A DNA stretch of 64,000 nucleotides from Camelus dromedarius. Lineage: Eukaryota. The position numbers and the translations under genes are program-made. The stretch lies in the NCBI RefSeq assembly GCF_036321535.1, contig NC_087447.1:48672001-48736000 (forward strand), read 5' to 3'. The notes below the pieces were generated by a model, which saw nothing but the letters and a program-made list of their open reading frames with translations, had not been told where the DNA came from and did no database searches. This document shows positions 13,781 to 26,494 of this stretch, piece after piece (positions within the stretch are counted from its first letter, which is position 1; the number at the start of each line of letters is the position of its first letter).

Positions 13781-14099
13781 ATGTAGAAACTGAGGAGCAA
13801 ATGTAAGAAATTTGGAAATAAAAAGGAAAAATGAATTTTATTTCCAAAAAAAAATAAATCCAGACCCTCATTTATCTGTACTAAATTTCTTGGACAGAGA
13901 GAGAATGTTGTTGCCAAGGAAACCAAAGCAACTGTTGAGCAGCAAATTCAGTTCTTTAAAAAAATTCCATGACAATTTATTCTGCAGGATATTATAGTCT
14001 ATTCCATCTTTTACAAAAGCCAATAAAATGGTTTTAATGAGGTCTGTGAAACTTGGTTTATGATATTGCTAACATTTACTAAATATTCAGGTTACAGAG

Positions 14100-14310
14100 C
14101 CTAGTACAGTGATAAGAAGACTAGAGTAAAGGTCAGATGACCTAGGATCTAGTCACAAGACTACCACTTAAATGCCACATGTCCTTGAGCAAGTCATTTT
14201 CCTTTTCTAAGTTTCTTAACTTGTAAAAATGGGAATAACTACCACACAGGGTTGCTGTGAGAAGCAAATGATTAAGGCCATTTTATAAAGTTTGAAGCAC
14301 TACACAAATA
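14100..14310 (+). mobile_element. MIR SINE
   Basis: MIR core ccttgagcaagtcattt...tgtaaaaatgggaataac. Confidence 0.65.
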
Positions 14311-15037
14311 AATTCAAGTAATAAGCTTGAATATTTTCAAAAATTAATAAAGCGGTATGTTTCTTCATTGATTAAATGGCAAATTATGTAAAGTATTAGA
14401 AAAATGTGAACAACAAATGTAATATAGACTAGTATCGTAAAACTTCAATTGAACTAGGTGGCAGATCCAAGCTCTGGTCCAGGCTCTACCACAACTGAAT
14501 AAGTTCCACAACTTCCTTGGGTCTCTTCACAATGAAATTGGACTAGACGACCTTTGTAGAGGTGCTTCATGGTTGTGTTCTCCATCACACAATGATGACT
14601 TAAAAGGAAATTCATTCACTACTTAAAAAAAAAAATCTGGGCTATATTTTGCTTGAAAAACTGTCACTGCTAATGTTTGAAAATCACTGACTTAGACTGA
14701 AATCTTTTATTTCTGTTTTCAGGCATTTCATAATCCTAAGTTAACTAACCTATCTTACCTTTACATTCACTCTTTCTCAACCAGACCTACATTCTGAGGC
14801 CAGAGTACTCTATATATTATTTCTCAAAATGCCATGGCCAATTCCTGCCTCCACATTGTTTTCAATCCTTATTAGCTCCTGCTGCTGCTACAGCTGGCTA
14901 AGCAGCTCTGCCCTGAGTCCCGAACCACTCCCCACCCACATATTCATACACTCAAACTTGGCCAGGGCTTAATATCTTTGATAAGACTGTTTTCAAAAAG
15001 TTAAAATTTATAGTATATCAGAAACAGGAGATAGTTA

Positions 15038-15534
15038 TGTTAAAGAGAACCTGGCTTCTAGGCCAGCAAGACTTGTCTGCAATTTGATAGAATGTATGAA
15101 AGCATCCAAAGAAAGAACTAGGAAGGCAGCAGGAGCCTTAGCTCTGAAAGACAGAAGAGGAGAGTGCTGTAGAAGAGACATTTGTGCATTGCCTGGAAGA
15201 GAGACACTTTGATCCCTGGACTGGTTGGATTCCAGTGTTAGGATAGTCCCATCACAGAGATGAATGCATTCACCTATTACAGGCTGATGCTGTTAAACAT
15301 TTATGCCATATATCTGACTCCCATCTGACTCCCTGTGATTTGATTTCATAATCACTAAAAATCTTCTGATTCTTTGACTTCTCTTATGGTGCATCTAGAA
15401 AATGCCATGACTAGAGACAAATCCATTTATATTAAATCTGTACCATAAATTAATAAAATAGCTTTCTGAATTCAGACATCAGTTTCTGTGACCTTCAGCA
15501 GGGTGAGTCCATTCTGAGACAAGACAGAGTAACA
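15038..15534 (+). mobile_element. Probable ancient solo LTR
   Basis: TGTTA...TAACA termini; near-identical 5-bp flanks AGTTA/AATTA; AATAAA at 15452. Confidence 0.5.
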
Positions 15535-17196
15535 AATTAGTCTGAAGGTGAAGGAACCAAGGGTCAGATCCCGAACTGTAGTAAACAGAACGACAAAATG
15601 CCACTCCGCAGAAACTACAAGGGGTACCAAGGACTGCCCCAATAAATACCCTATCTTGTCATACTATTTTCTTTTTAACACTAACATACACTTTTATTTA
15701 TTCAAGGCCACTAACAACATACTGATGCCTTTCTAACAGTTTTTCTCTACGTACCCTAAGCTATAGCAGAAACAAATGTTCTAAGTATACACTTTAATGT
15801 TTCTATCTCTAATTGGAATATTCCTTTTCTCCATGTTGATGAGTTTAAATTTTAACTAATTTTGAAGGTTCAGCACAAATGACACTTTTTTCACGAAGAC
15901 TTTTCAAAGAACATTACCCACCAAGGCTAAAGCTAGCAATTTTGGTGACCTAAGCAAGTAGCAAATCACCTTCAGATCAACTTATAACTTATTACTATGT
16001 GCCTCACCAGAGTCATTAAGAATTAGGGTATTTGTTAGGTTCTTTTTTTTCCCCCACTAAATAGGTATTAACAGGTGTTAAATTCAGTTTCTCAGTGCTG
16101 TAAGACTACATATGCCATCAACATGTAATGTAATAAATGCTGTAAGTCCAATCTATTATTTTTCTACATTTCAGTGCCCTAGGACATCACAGCCTAGCTT
16201 ACCTACACTATCAATCTACAGTAGATACACCTTTGTTTCCTAATTTAAAGTATTTTTGCCCACTAAGAGAGGGATCAGTTAAGTAAATATTTATTATTTT
16301 TATTAAATAATTATTAAAATTATTTAAATCTACTTATCTGTTGAGGGCACTTGTTACTTGCTCCCTGTAATATATTTGTGAGCTTTTGTTTTATCTTCCC
16401 TTCTATGCTCTTTGAAGACACGATCCATATCTATTATATGGATCTATTATATATATCTATTTGTGTCTCACACAGGTTTTCAGCCAGTGAATTATTTACA
16501 GAGGGCACTTTAAATATAAATTAAGAATTTCTCTTCCACTTTCAATGAAGGCTCTCCTCATTCTTTTTATATATATCCCATCTTATTGTCTTGGTTGACC
16601 ATTCCAGTCCACAGGTCACTTTTAAACTCCTATAAAAACTGACTACCTATATACCATTTAATTCCCACCAATACTACCCTAGCATTATTTTTTTAATGTG
16701 TATATGTATTTCATAGTCTTTTTGTGTTTCAGTATATCCCAACAATATCTAGGCACAGCATAGACAATTAATATTAATTCATTCAGCCAATTTAAAAAAG
16801 TCAATCAAGACACTCATTAGGAAAAGTGTAATCAAAACTGGCACCTAAAGAGAACAAAAGATCTAATCGATGGCAATGAAAAACAAACTCCTATTGTTGA
16901 AGGGGCAAAGCCTTTGACATGCATAATAGTTACGAGTAAATCAAATTGTGCTGGCAATCTACAGGTGCCTGAATTTCATAAATCTTCCTTTCACTTTAGG
17001 GAGACATCACATTCATTTACTGACAGCAGATGGCTTTAAACAATAACAATTAACTATATTAAACATATAAAGATAACATTCATTTGTAATTTGGTTTTCC
17101 CTGCTGCAAATATTGATACAGTCGGTTTGTAATATATATAATTTCACAGCATGCTAAGCCTTACCTCTTTTATTTCCATTAGGCTTCCTTCTCTTT

Positions 17197-17371
17197 TTTT
17201 TTTTTATTTTTATTTTTTTAACATTTTTTATTGATTTATAATCATTTTACAATGTTGTGTCAAATTCCAGTGTTCAGCACAATTTTTCAGTTATTCATGG
17301 ACATATACACACTCATTGTCACATTTTTTTCTCTGTGAGTTATCATAACATTTTGTGTATATTTCCCTGTG
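17197..17371 (-). mobile_element. Young 5'-truncated L1 3' end (camelid-like) with a perfect TSD
   Basis: Poly-T at the left; TSD AGGCTTCCTTCTCTTT at 17181-17196 and 17372-17387. Confidence 0.85.
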
Positions 17372-17629
17372 AGGCTTCCTTCTCTTTAATGGACTAAAAG
17401 CAGAAGAGCAGTCTTTGAATCTTCACATCTTTTGTATCCTTCCACAACAAGGAACTATATTCACAGCAATAAACACTGCCAAAATGGCTTTAAAGTTATT
17501 TGCATTTTGTACATCCTTATGATAATTAGTGGGATACCACAGATTTTGCACACTTGGTTGAAAAAATATATATGGTCATATGCTACAATAAGGGTGTTCT
17601 GTAGTTCAGTGTCTCAATCAGAACACTCC

Positions 17630-17800
17630 AGAGTCTTGCTACTCAAAGCGTGAGCCACAGAGCAGCAGCATTGGTACCACCTGGGAGCTCATTCTAAGGC
17701 AGATTCTCAGGCCCCATCCCAGGCCTCCTAAATCACAATCTGCATTTTAAGATCCTTCAGGTGATCTCTTGTAAGCACTTCAAAGTTTGAGAAGCACTGG
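17630..17800. mobile_element. MER5A-like hAT-Charlie element
   Basis: ctactcaaag...cacctgggagct...attctcaggcccc...aagtttgagaagcactg. Confidence 0.8.
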
Positions 17801-17864
17801 TTTAGACTCCAGAGGAAGAATCCAAATGTCCAAGAAACATGACCAAGTAAAACTAATTAACTCA

Positions 17865-18030
17865 TAATTGCTTATTTGTTGGTCTTCCTTAAAAGACTAG
17901 CTAGGCTTTTGAGGGCGGGAACTTTCTAGCTTCCTCATCACCAACATACCCTGGACATAACAGGCCCTGGAACATTACCCAGCGCTCAAGAGATTTTCGT
18001 TTGTTTGTTTGAATGCATGAATGAACAAAG
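17865..18030 (+). mobile_element. L2 3' end
   Basis: L2-like tail ending tttgaatgcatgaatgaa. Confidence 0.55.
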
Positions 18031-18705
18031 TGAAAATAAAACTTTTTCTGTACGCTAATAATCCTTTAGGAAATTGTATAACATGATTTCACATATTACT
18101 ATACTAATTCTTTAATTCACTGCTATTAATTACATGTTAAATATGTTACCTTCTCTACTTCAGCAAATGCATTTAATGCACTCGACAAAGCAAAAGCTTG
18201 GACCATCTTCCTCTGCTGGAGCCACCAGGGGCCTCTTTTTCAAGTGAGATAGCTGCATTTTAATTCTAGCTCTCTCACACATCCACCCCATATGCCTGCA
18301 CAAGATGAAATCACCGCAACAACTTGGAGGGGGTGGGGGAACTGAGGAGGAATGCGTAAAGCAAAAACAATTCTGTATCAGGAGCATCATATGAAACCTG
18401 GAAAACATGATTTTTGGAAGAGGATACTTCCAGAAAATAACTCCTGGCCAGGGAAAGAAAGAGATCCCTTTACGTTTCTCTAGAGCAAAAGGTGATATTA
18501 AAGAATACGAGGGAGTGATAAAAGACCAGCGACTACCTAGCGACGGAAGGTGGAAACACACCAGACCAGAATTAAAACCAATAGCAGCTAGAAACGTACA
18601 AGGAGGGTACAAAAAAACCACTTCCAGATTTGCAGAGTAGGAAGTCAAGGGAGAAGAAAGGGGAAAGGAAATATCTCCATTAAGGGTATAACTTAAGATG
18701 ACGAT

Positions 18706-18709
18706 TTTA

Positions 18710-18747
<38 letters not shown>

Positions 18748-18753
18748 ATTATT
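18706..18753. repeat. (ATT)n microsatellite
   Basis: Visible directly. Confidence 0.95.
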
Positions 18754-19030
18754 AACATACACTTGCGGGGGGACAGAGATGAAGGGAGGTTGCAATTTCG
18801 AGCACTGCAAAAGGAAGGGACTACAGGCGCCCCTTCCCAGCTCAGATGGTCCCAAGGAGGCATCCCAGGCATAAGTGGGTGGCAACGCCCGGCTCCGCTA
18901 GTCCCAGCCCCGTGGCCTGAGCCATCTCCTCCACAGCCTGCCGAGCACCGGGTGGGGACAAGAAAGGGCGTATAGGGTGTGGGAGGGCGCGAGGGATGAG
19001 GGGGCGATGCCAGGCTGACCAGGTACTCAC

Positions 19031-19141
19031 CTTGTCCCAACGGAGCCACTGCCCGATGGCGGTGTCTAGCTGAGGGTCTCCGGTGTGGTAGGGGGCGTGG
19101 AGCACGTTGGAGTTCAGGTCCCCCTCTGCGTTTTCAGCCAT
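19031..19141 (-). CDS. PGM2L1: PGM2L1 coding exon 1 (MAENAEGDLNSNVLHAPYHTGDPQLDTAIGQWLRWDK, 37 codons)
   Basis: ATG at 19141-19139 in a strong Kozak context (GCCATGG); translation matches the recalled PGM2L1 N-terminus; donor AAG|GTGAGT at 19030; lies in a CpG island. Confidence 0.97.
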
Positions 19142-19824
19142 GGCAACCAGAATGGGGTGTGCGAGCCTGGGCGGCGGACGAAGACACAGGGCCGGAGGGG
19201 CTAGACGTGCGCTCACCAGGGTCCCGACGCCCCCTCCTCACTGAAGGGCATCGGAGACCAACCGCAGGGCGTTTGTACCAGCTCCTGCCGCGGCTTCGGG
19301 GAAGCAGGAGAGTGGGGGACGTGCCTGCTGACTCTCCAACTAGGCCAGGTCCTGGTCTCTCTGGGCAAACGGACTGACGAGGTCCCGCCGCGAGAGAACA
19401 ACACTCCCAGATGTCTGGGTCGTGGCGGCCACCGCACTCGCCGCTTTAGGCCCCGCCCCCGGACCCACCGGCCCCGCCCCTTCCCGCCTTTACTGATTTA
19501 AGCCCCTGGGGCGGGAGGCGCGAGCCGGGAAGCGCGCTCCTGACGCCTCCCCAGCTTCGCGAGTTAGGACTTGCCGGGTGGTGAGGAGTTGGGGCCCGGC
19601 TTTTTATTTTTTAATTTGCCTTTTTCCACGTGTTATTATCCTCCTTACAACCCCCACGCACTCCCACGCGTCTCCTTTTCTCGATCAGTTGCCACAGTCA
19701 CCACCACGTACCCCTCCTCAGGGTTCGCTCTGAGAACGCTCGGCGCGCGCGAAGGCCCCCTCTCGTTTCTTCTAGGGGCACGCGCCTGGCCGGAGGGTGC
19801 GCGGGCGGTCTTCGCACGGCCTCA

Positions 19825-19890
19825 CGGGAGTTGTAGTTCTTTTCTTTCCCCAAGGTGTGTAGAGACCGCCGCAAACACTACGACTCCCAG
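19825..19890. promoter_or_regulatory. Two oppositely oriented ZNF143/THAP11-type (ACTACAnnTCCC) motifs
   Basis: Minus strand GAACTACAACTCCCG at 19825-19839; plus strand ACTACGACTCCCAG at 19877-19890. Confidence 0.65.
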
Positions 19891-21307
19891 CTGCTCCGCG
19901 CCCTCCTTTTTCTTCAAGGGAAAAAGATATACCTCGAGGCTGTTGCCTACAGACAACGCCCTGTCCGTGTTAGGTATGCTGCACTTTGTGGCCCTGCGCT
20001 TCCATTAAGTTAAATAGGGACTAGTACCGTAGACGGACAACTGATATCCATTCAGTGCTTTACAGTTTACGAAAATCGTTCTGTCGTTTCAACCATCCTG
20101 TGACAGAGTAAATAGGCGTGACCCATCCCCATTTTACACACAAAGAGGAAACTGCTTCTGAGTGAACCGACTTTTTCAAAGAGGCGGAATTCGTAAGTGA
20201 TGGAACAATGAAGGGTTCCAGACTTGTTCCAGATCTCCTCAGCCGGCAGTTCTTTTTGCTGTACTGCTATAGTAGACTAGGAGATAGGGAAAACAAGATG
20301 ACTGGGGAGAAAAAACAAAACTACAACAAAAAACCCCCAAGTTGCGAAAGAGGGCAGATATGTCAGCATTTAATCATAAGTAAAAATGTATAAGTGTCCT
20401 AAGAGAGTGCAAAGAGCAATGGCAATAGGAATACAGAGGAAGAAGAATTTAAATAATCTTAAATTTCTGCGTGTTTTGGTCTCCTCTGTTCTACAGAATG
20501 TTCGCCTTGCAAGTCAGAGGACTTGAGGTGTGGGAGATGCTGAGAAGTGCTTACCTTCAGGCATAGATGCTCCTGAGATTCTTGGTGTAGCCTTCTTAAG
20601 ATGGCTGTGTGATTTTGATCAAGTATCTTAACAACTCTTTCGCTGGTCCAGCTTTTTTTGTAAGGAGAATGTAATAATACTTATACCTTGGCTACAGTAG
20701 CTTAATAAATGGCCTTAAAATGCTTTGAGGTTCATAGATAAAAGACATAATAAATTTAAAGTGCTACTTTCTTTCCTTTAAAAGTGCCATTTACCATAAT
20801 AAAATCCAAATTACCAAGGCACAAAAGGATTGTAGAGCCAATTCCTGAAAAACAACGTGCCGTATTTGGGAATTACAGTTTTTGCTAATCAGTTGGGTGT
20901 TTCCTTAATGGAGTCAGCAGATTCTTTTAATCACCCGAAGCCTGGGAAATAACCATGTGTCCTGGAGGGAAATTCATCGTTCACTATCATCAGCATTGTC
21001 CATGAGGAACGTTCCTTAAACATTTACTCTATGCTAAGCATTATGCTAGGAGCTGAGGCTACAAGAAAGTATATAACATAATTGTTTATTTCAAAATGTA
21101 AAATCTGTCTGGGGAGAGGATGTATGTAAGAAAAGATAGCCCATGATAAATAGGAAGTGCTTGCTACAGACAACTGTTAAGAATTCAGAGTGTGAGGTTG
21201 TCAGTAAAAGCAAAAAGTGGCAGAAGGGACGAGCAATGGGCTTTGAATGACAAAAAAAAATTAATAAGCTGAGAAAAAAAGAAGAGGGCATTTCAAACCT
21301 ATAAACC

Positions 21308-21656
21308 ATTGGTCTCTCTAGGAATTCATTTAAAATATATACTCCTGGACACTGCCCCAGAGATCCTGAATCAGTACATAGGGATAATGCATAGGTACCT
21401 ACTTATTTAACAAATACCTGTTGACTGTGACATAGGTGGTGATAATCTTGCTACTCAAAGTGTGATAGGAGGACCCGTGTATTAGTATCCTCTGGGAGCT
21501 TATTAAGAAATATAAAATTTCAGGCTGCATTTCAATTCTACTGAATCAGAATCTACATTTTAACAAGATCCAATGACGATTTATATACATATTAAATTTG
21601 ACTGAGCAGTGGTTTTTATAAGACAATTCTTTTATTCAATTCTGAGAAACACTACT
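21308..21656. mobile_element. MER5B-like element with a nested MER5A-like copy (~21445-21612)
   Basis: hAT-Charlie motifs gctactcaaagtgtg...ctgaatcagaatctacattttaacaagatcc inside a second MER5-type element. Confidence 0.6.
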
Positions 21657-22974
21657 AAGTCAACAGAACTTTCAAGAGATGGTATTATATAGGACAAGTA
21701 TAAAGGATAGAGAAATACAAGTTTTAATTCAATACCAGAGTCAACCAGCCTTCACTTTTATCAGCAAGGTAATGACAGACATAACTAGTTACCAGAAACT
21801 TTGCCCAGTGCCTTCCATTTATTTTGGAGGATTTAAAGGGTAACCAAGAGGACCCAGAACTCATCAAATCCAAGAACGGTATCTAAGTGTGTCCAGAAGA
21901 GGGAATATAATGGTTTTCCTAGTAAGGGAAGCGCAGAAGCTTTAATTTTTTTTGGAATTTACCTAGGATGTTCTGTATTTTTATTTGCTAAATCTGGCAA
22001 CCCTAACTGTGGTTATAAAAGAGAATATCTCTCTTGGTCCTAATATGTATATACAACCCAATGTTTTAGGATCATGATCTAGATAACTTACCTTCAGATA
22101 GTTCAGAAAAATACTGTTTATTTGTATGCACAAACTCACAAATATATGTTATGTAAATATACATACAAACATATAAGATTAATATCATATTTGGTGTATA
22201 GCAAATGAGGGAAAATTTTAACAGTAGGTGAATCTGGGTAAAGGATAGATGGATATTCTTTGTACTATTTTAATTTTTGCAACTTTGAGATTATTTCCAA
22301 AACAAAAAGTTTAAAAGAAAAACCTCATATGTATAAGAAATATCCATTTATTTATTGTTTTAAAAATATCTGAGAGACTCCAAGCCCTCATTCTGTCAGG
22401 GTCGCAAGAAATTAAATTTTCATCAATATCAGGGACTCTCATACTTTAAATGGTACTAGGAAAAGAGAAAGGACAGATAGCTCTAGTTCATCAAGGTTTC
22501 TGCTAACATCTGTCTTGTCCAGGGTCATATGGTCTCTGGAAGTTTGATAGCTTTCTCCTTGCATACCATTTATAAACTATGGCCAGAATAATTGGCTGAG
22601 GCCATGAACCCCAAAGCCTCTGTCCAGGTACATGGCCATCTCCTCTAAAATTCTGCCAGTTCCTTGAAGTGCTGCCACCAAGCAGAGCTCAGGTCTCATC
22701 ATCAATTAAATTTTGAGGAAATCTATTATTCTACTGTGTGATCACGTTGAAAAGAGAAGTATTTTCTCTTCTTGTTGTTCCCGAAGATGCTTGTCATAAA
22801 CTCTAGTGAACTCTGTATTTAAAAAAAAAAAAGGAAAGGAAATGAGTATTTCCAAGCAACTTTCTACTTTTAGCCATCTTACATAAAACCTCTACTGAGA
22901 CAAGAGGTACAACAACAATATATAAAAAGTGGTTTTATTTGTGTAAGGAAGGAAGGATGCAGAGCACACTTGGG

Positions 22975-23084
22975 ATTAGGGTGACGCAAGGCAAAGAACC
23001 TAGGGTGCAAAATCTAAAGAGGTGCTACCTTTCAGGTTTGTGGAAATGCAGGATTGACACCTGAAAGTGAGTGTTTCGTTACAT
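22975..23084. mobile_element. hAT-Tip100 (MER96-like) fragment truncated by L1
   Basis: agggtgacgcaag...cctagggtgcaaaat motif. Confidence 0.5.
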
Positions 23085-26075
23085 TTGTTAAACAGCTTTA
23101 TTGAGACATAATTCACACACCAAACAATTCACTCATTTAATGTATACAATTTAATGGATTTTTTTGTTACATTCACAGACAGGAACGAACATTGCCACAA
23201 TTTTAGAACATTTTCATCACTTCTTAAAGAAATATGATGTCCCTTAGCTATCAGACCCCTATTGTCCTATCTCTCACTCTCAGGCCTAAGCAACCACTAA
23301 TCTACTTTCTATCTCTATAGATTTCCCTGTTCTGAATATTTCATATAAATAGAATCATATAATATGGGGTCTTTTATTACTAGCTTCTTTCATTTAGAGT
23401 AAGTTCATCCATGTTGTAAATGTATCAGTATTTCATTCCTTTTTATGGTTGAATAATACTCCAATATATGGGTTTACTACATTTTGTTGATCTATTTGTC
23501 ATTGTTGCACATTTAGGTCGTTTCTGCCTTTGGCTGTTATGAATAATGCTGCTATAAACATTCATGTACAGTTTTCATATAGAATATGTTTTCATTTATC
23601 TTCAGTGTATACCTAAGAGTGGATTTCCTGGATTGTGTGGTAACCTCTATGTTTAATCATTTGAGGAACAACCACACTATTTTCCAAAGCAGCTGTACCA
23701 TTTACATTCCCACCAGCCAAGCATGAGGGTTCCAGTTTCTCCACAGATTTTCCAACACTTATTATCTTACCGTTTGATTCTAGCCATTTTAGTGAGTGTG
23801 AAGTGGTGTCTCGTGGTTTTGATTTGCATTTTCCTAAAGACTAATGACGTTGAGAATCTTTTCATGTACTTATTGGCCATTTGTTTATCTTCTCTAGAGA
23901 AGTGTCTATTCAGATCCTTTGCCCATTTTTTTAAATTATTGAGTTGTAAGATTACTTTATATTTCCGGATTTAAGTCCCTGAAACAAATCAGATATTTGA
24001 TTTGTAAATATCCTCCCTCATTGTGTGGGTTGTCTTTTCACATTCTTTTTGGTGTCCTTTGAAACACAAAAGTTTTTAGTTTGAGGAAGTCTGGTTTTTT
24101 TTTTCTTCTTTTGTTGCTCATACTTTTGGTGTCGTGTCTAAGAATCCTTTGCCAAATTTAAGGTCATGGAGATTTGCCATTTATTTTTTTCTAAGAGTTT
24201 TAAAGTTCTATCTTTTAAATTCAGGTCCTTGATCCCTTTTGAATTAATTTTTGTATATGGTGTTAGGATCTAACCTCATTCTTCTGCGTATGGCCATTCA
24301 GTTGTCCTAGGACCATTTGTTGAAAAGACTATTCTTTCCCTGTTGAATGGTTTTGTCATTCTTGTTGAAAAGTAGTTGATTATAGACATATGGGTTTATT
24401 TCTAGACTCTCAATTCTATTCCATTGATCTATATGTCTGTCCTTATGCTAGTACCACAGTGTCTAGATTACTGTTACTTCATAGTAAGTTTTGAAATCAG
24501 GAAGTATGACTCCTACTTTGTTCTTCTTTTTCAACATTAAAATATTTTGACTATTCTAGGTCTCTTACAATTTTGTGTAAATTTTACAAGGAGATTGTCA
24601 ATTTCTACAGAGAAGCCAGCTGGGATTGGGATTGGTGTTGCACTGAAGCTGTAGATCAGACTGGGGAGTATCACCATCTTAACAAGGCTAAGTCTTCCAA
24701 TCCATGAACGTGTGATATTCTTCCAATTATAGATCTTCTCTAATATCTTTCAACAATATTTTGTGGCTTTCAGAGTATAATTTTTGTGCTTCTTTCATTA
24801 AATTTACTCCTAAATATTTTACTCTTTTTGATGCTACTGTAAGTGAACTTGTTTTCTTAATTTAATTTTTCAATAGTTCATTGCAAGTGAATAGAAATAC
24901 AATTGGTTCTTGTATATTTATTGTATCCTGAAACCTTGCTGAACTTCATAGTTCTAATCATTTTTTAAGTGAATTTCCTAGGATTTTCCATATATAATAG
25001 CATGTCATCTGTGACTAGATAGTTTTATTTATTCCTTTCAAATAGGAATGTCTTTTACTTCTTTTTCTTGTCTGTTTATACTGGCCAGAACCCACAGTAC
25101 AAGACTGAATAGAAGTGGCAAAAGCAGATATCCTTGTCTTGTTCCTGATCTTCAGGGGAAAACATCCAGCCTTTGACCGGTAAGTATAATGTTAACGGTG
25201 GGTTGTTTTGTATATGTTCTTTATTCTGTTGGTGAAGTTTTCTTCTGTTTCTAGTTTGTTAAGTGTTTTTTATCATGGAAGAGTGTTGGATTTTGTCAGA
25301 TGGTTTTCTGTATCTATTAAGATGTTTATGTAAGTTTTATTTTTTATTATATTGATATAAAGTGTTACATTAATTGATTTTTGAAGTTAGACCAGACTTT
25401 CATCCTGCTTGGTCATGGGATATCATTGTTTTTATATATTGCTTCATTTGGTTTGATAGTATTTTGTTGGGGATTAATTTATCCATATTCATAATAGATA
25501 TTGGCCTGTAGTTTTCTTTTATTTAATGTGTTTTTCTGATTTTGGTATCAGAGTAATACCGGCCTCATAAAATGAGTTGAGAAGTGCCCTCCTCTTCTAA
25601 TTTTTGGAAGAGTGTGTGAAGAATTGGCATTAATTCTTCCTTAAATTTTTAGTAGAATTCAGTGGTGAAGCCATCTAGGTCTGGGCTTTGTGGGTAGTTT
25701 TCTGATTATTAACTCAATCTCTTCACTTGTTATAGGTCTATTCATATATCTATTTCTTCTTAAGTCTATTTCAGTAGTTTGTATCTTTATAGGAATTTGT
25801 CCATTTTATCAAGGTTATCTAATTTGTTGGCATAAAATTGTGTATAGTATTCCTTTATAATCCTTTTTCTTTCTGTAGGATCAGCCATAATATCCCTTTT
25901 TTTCATTTCTGATTCTGGTAATTTGAGTCTTTTTTTCTTGGTCAGTCTAACTAAAGGTTTGTCAATTTTGTTGCTATTTTTAAAGAACTAATGTTTAGTT
26001 TCACTGATTTTCTCTATTGCTTTTCTATTCTTTGTTTCATTAACTTCTACTCCAACTTTTATTATTTTTTGTTTT
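23085..26075 (-). mobile_element. ~3 kb L1MB-like element (3'UTR plus degraded ORF2)
   Basis: Starts acagctttattgagacataattcac; continuous antisense ORF2 homology; ORF 23723-23974 is a typical antisense-L1 translation. Confidence 0.9.
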
Positions 26076-26119
26076 CTAATTTCCCAATTTTCTTTTCATC
26101 AGAATGCAATCTACTAAAC

Positions 26120-26137
26120 TAGGTGGGCTGTGGGTTT

Positions 26138-26174
<37 letters not shown>

Positions 26175-26245
26175 CAATAAAACTTCATTTACAGAAGCAG
26201 GTGGCAGGCCAGATTTGGCCTTTGGGCCATTTTGCCCATCCCTGA
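26120..26245. mobile_element. MER58A-like hAT-Charlie fragment with a (TA)n microsatellite
   Basis: aataaaacttcatttacagaagcaggtggcaggccagatttggcc. Confidence 0.7.
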
Positions 26246-26494
26246 TCCCAACCTTAGATGTGTGGCATTTTAAGGAACCAACTCCTGGGCCTTGCCTCCT
26301 AAGATTCAGCTGATCTGGATTGGAGCATGGTAATAAGTGTTTTTTCACTTGTTTGTTTTTTTGTTTGTTTGTTTGTTGTAAGCTCTCCAAAGTGTTCCCA
26401 ATGTGTACAAGGCTGAGAGCCATCTCTTCAGAGCAGGGATTTGACCTTTTGAGGGGGTGTTTGTTTTTGGTTTGAAACAGCAGAAATTTATTAA

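Larger units (their letters stand above)
18820..19920. promoter_or_regulatory. CpG island / promoter of PGM2L1
   Basis: Sharp rise in GC and CpG density against an AT-rich, CpG-depleted background; spans exon 1; tandem GC boxes GCCCCGCCCC at ~19450 and ~19472. Confidence 0.9.

Noticed and set aside
18842..19216. 124-aa ORF as a full protein
   Set aside because: Only 19031-19141 is real (PGM2L1 exon 1); the rest is 5'UTR from a non-ATG start plus read-through into the intron.
19804..19890. Possible promoter hairpin from two inverted-repeat pairs (ggcggtct/agaccgcc and gggagttgtagt/actacgactccc)
   Set aside because: The pairs are not nested, so they cannot form one stem; they are better explained as transcription-factor motifs.
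19571..20008. 145-aa and other ORFs in the CpG island (also 18160-18648, 18693-19049)
   Set aside because: No recognisable homology; long ORFs are expected by chance in GC-rich or microsatellite-containing DNA.
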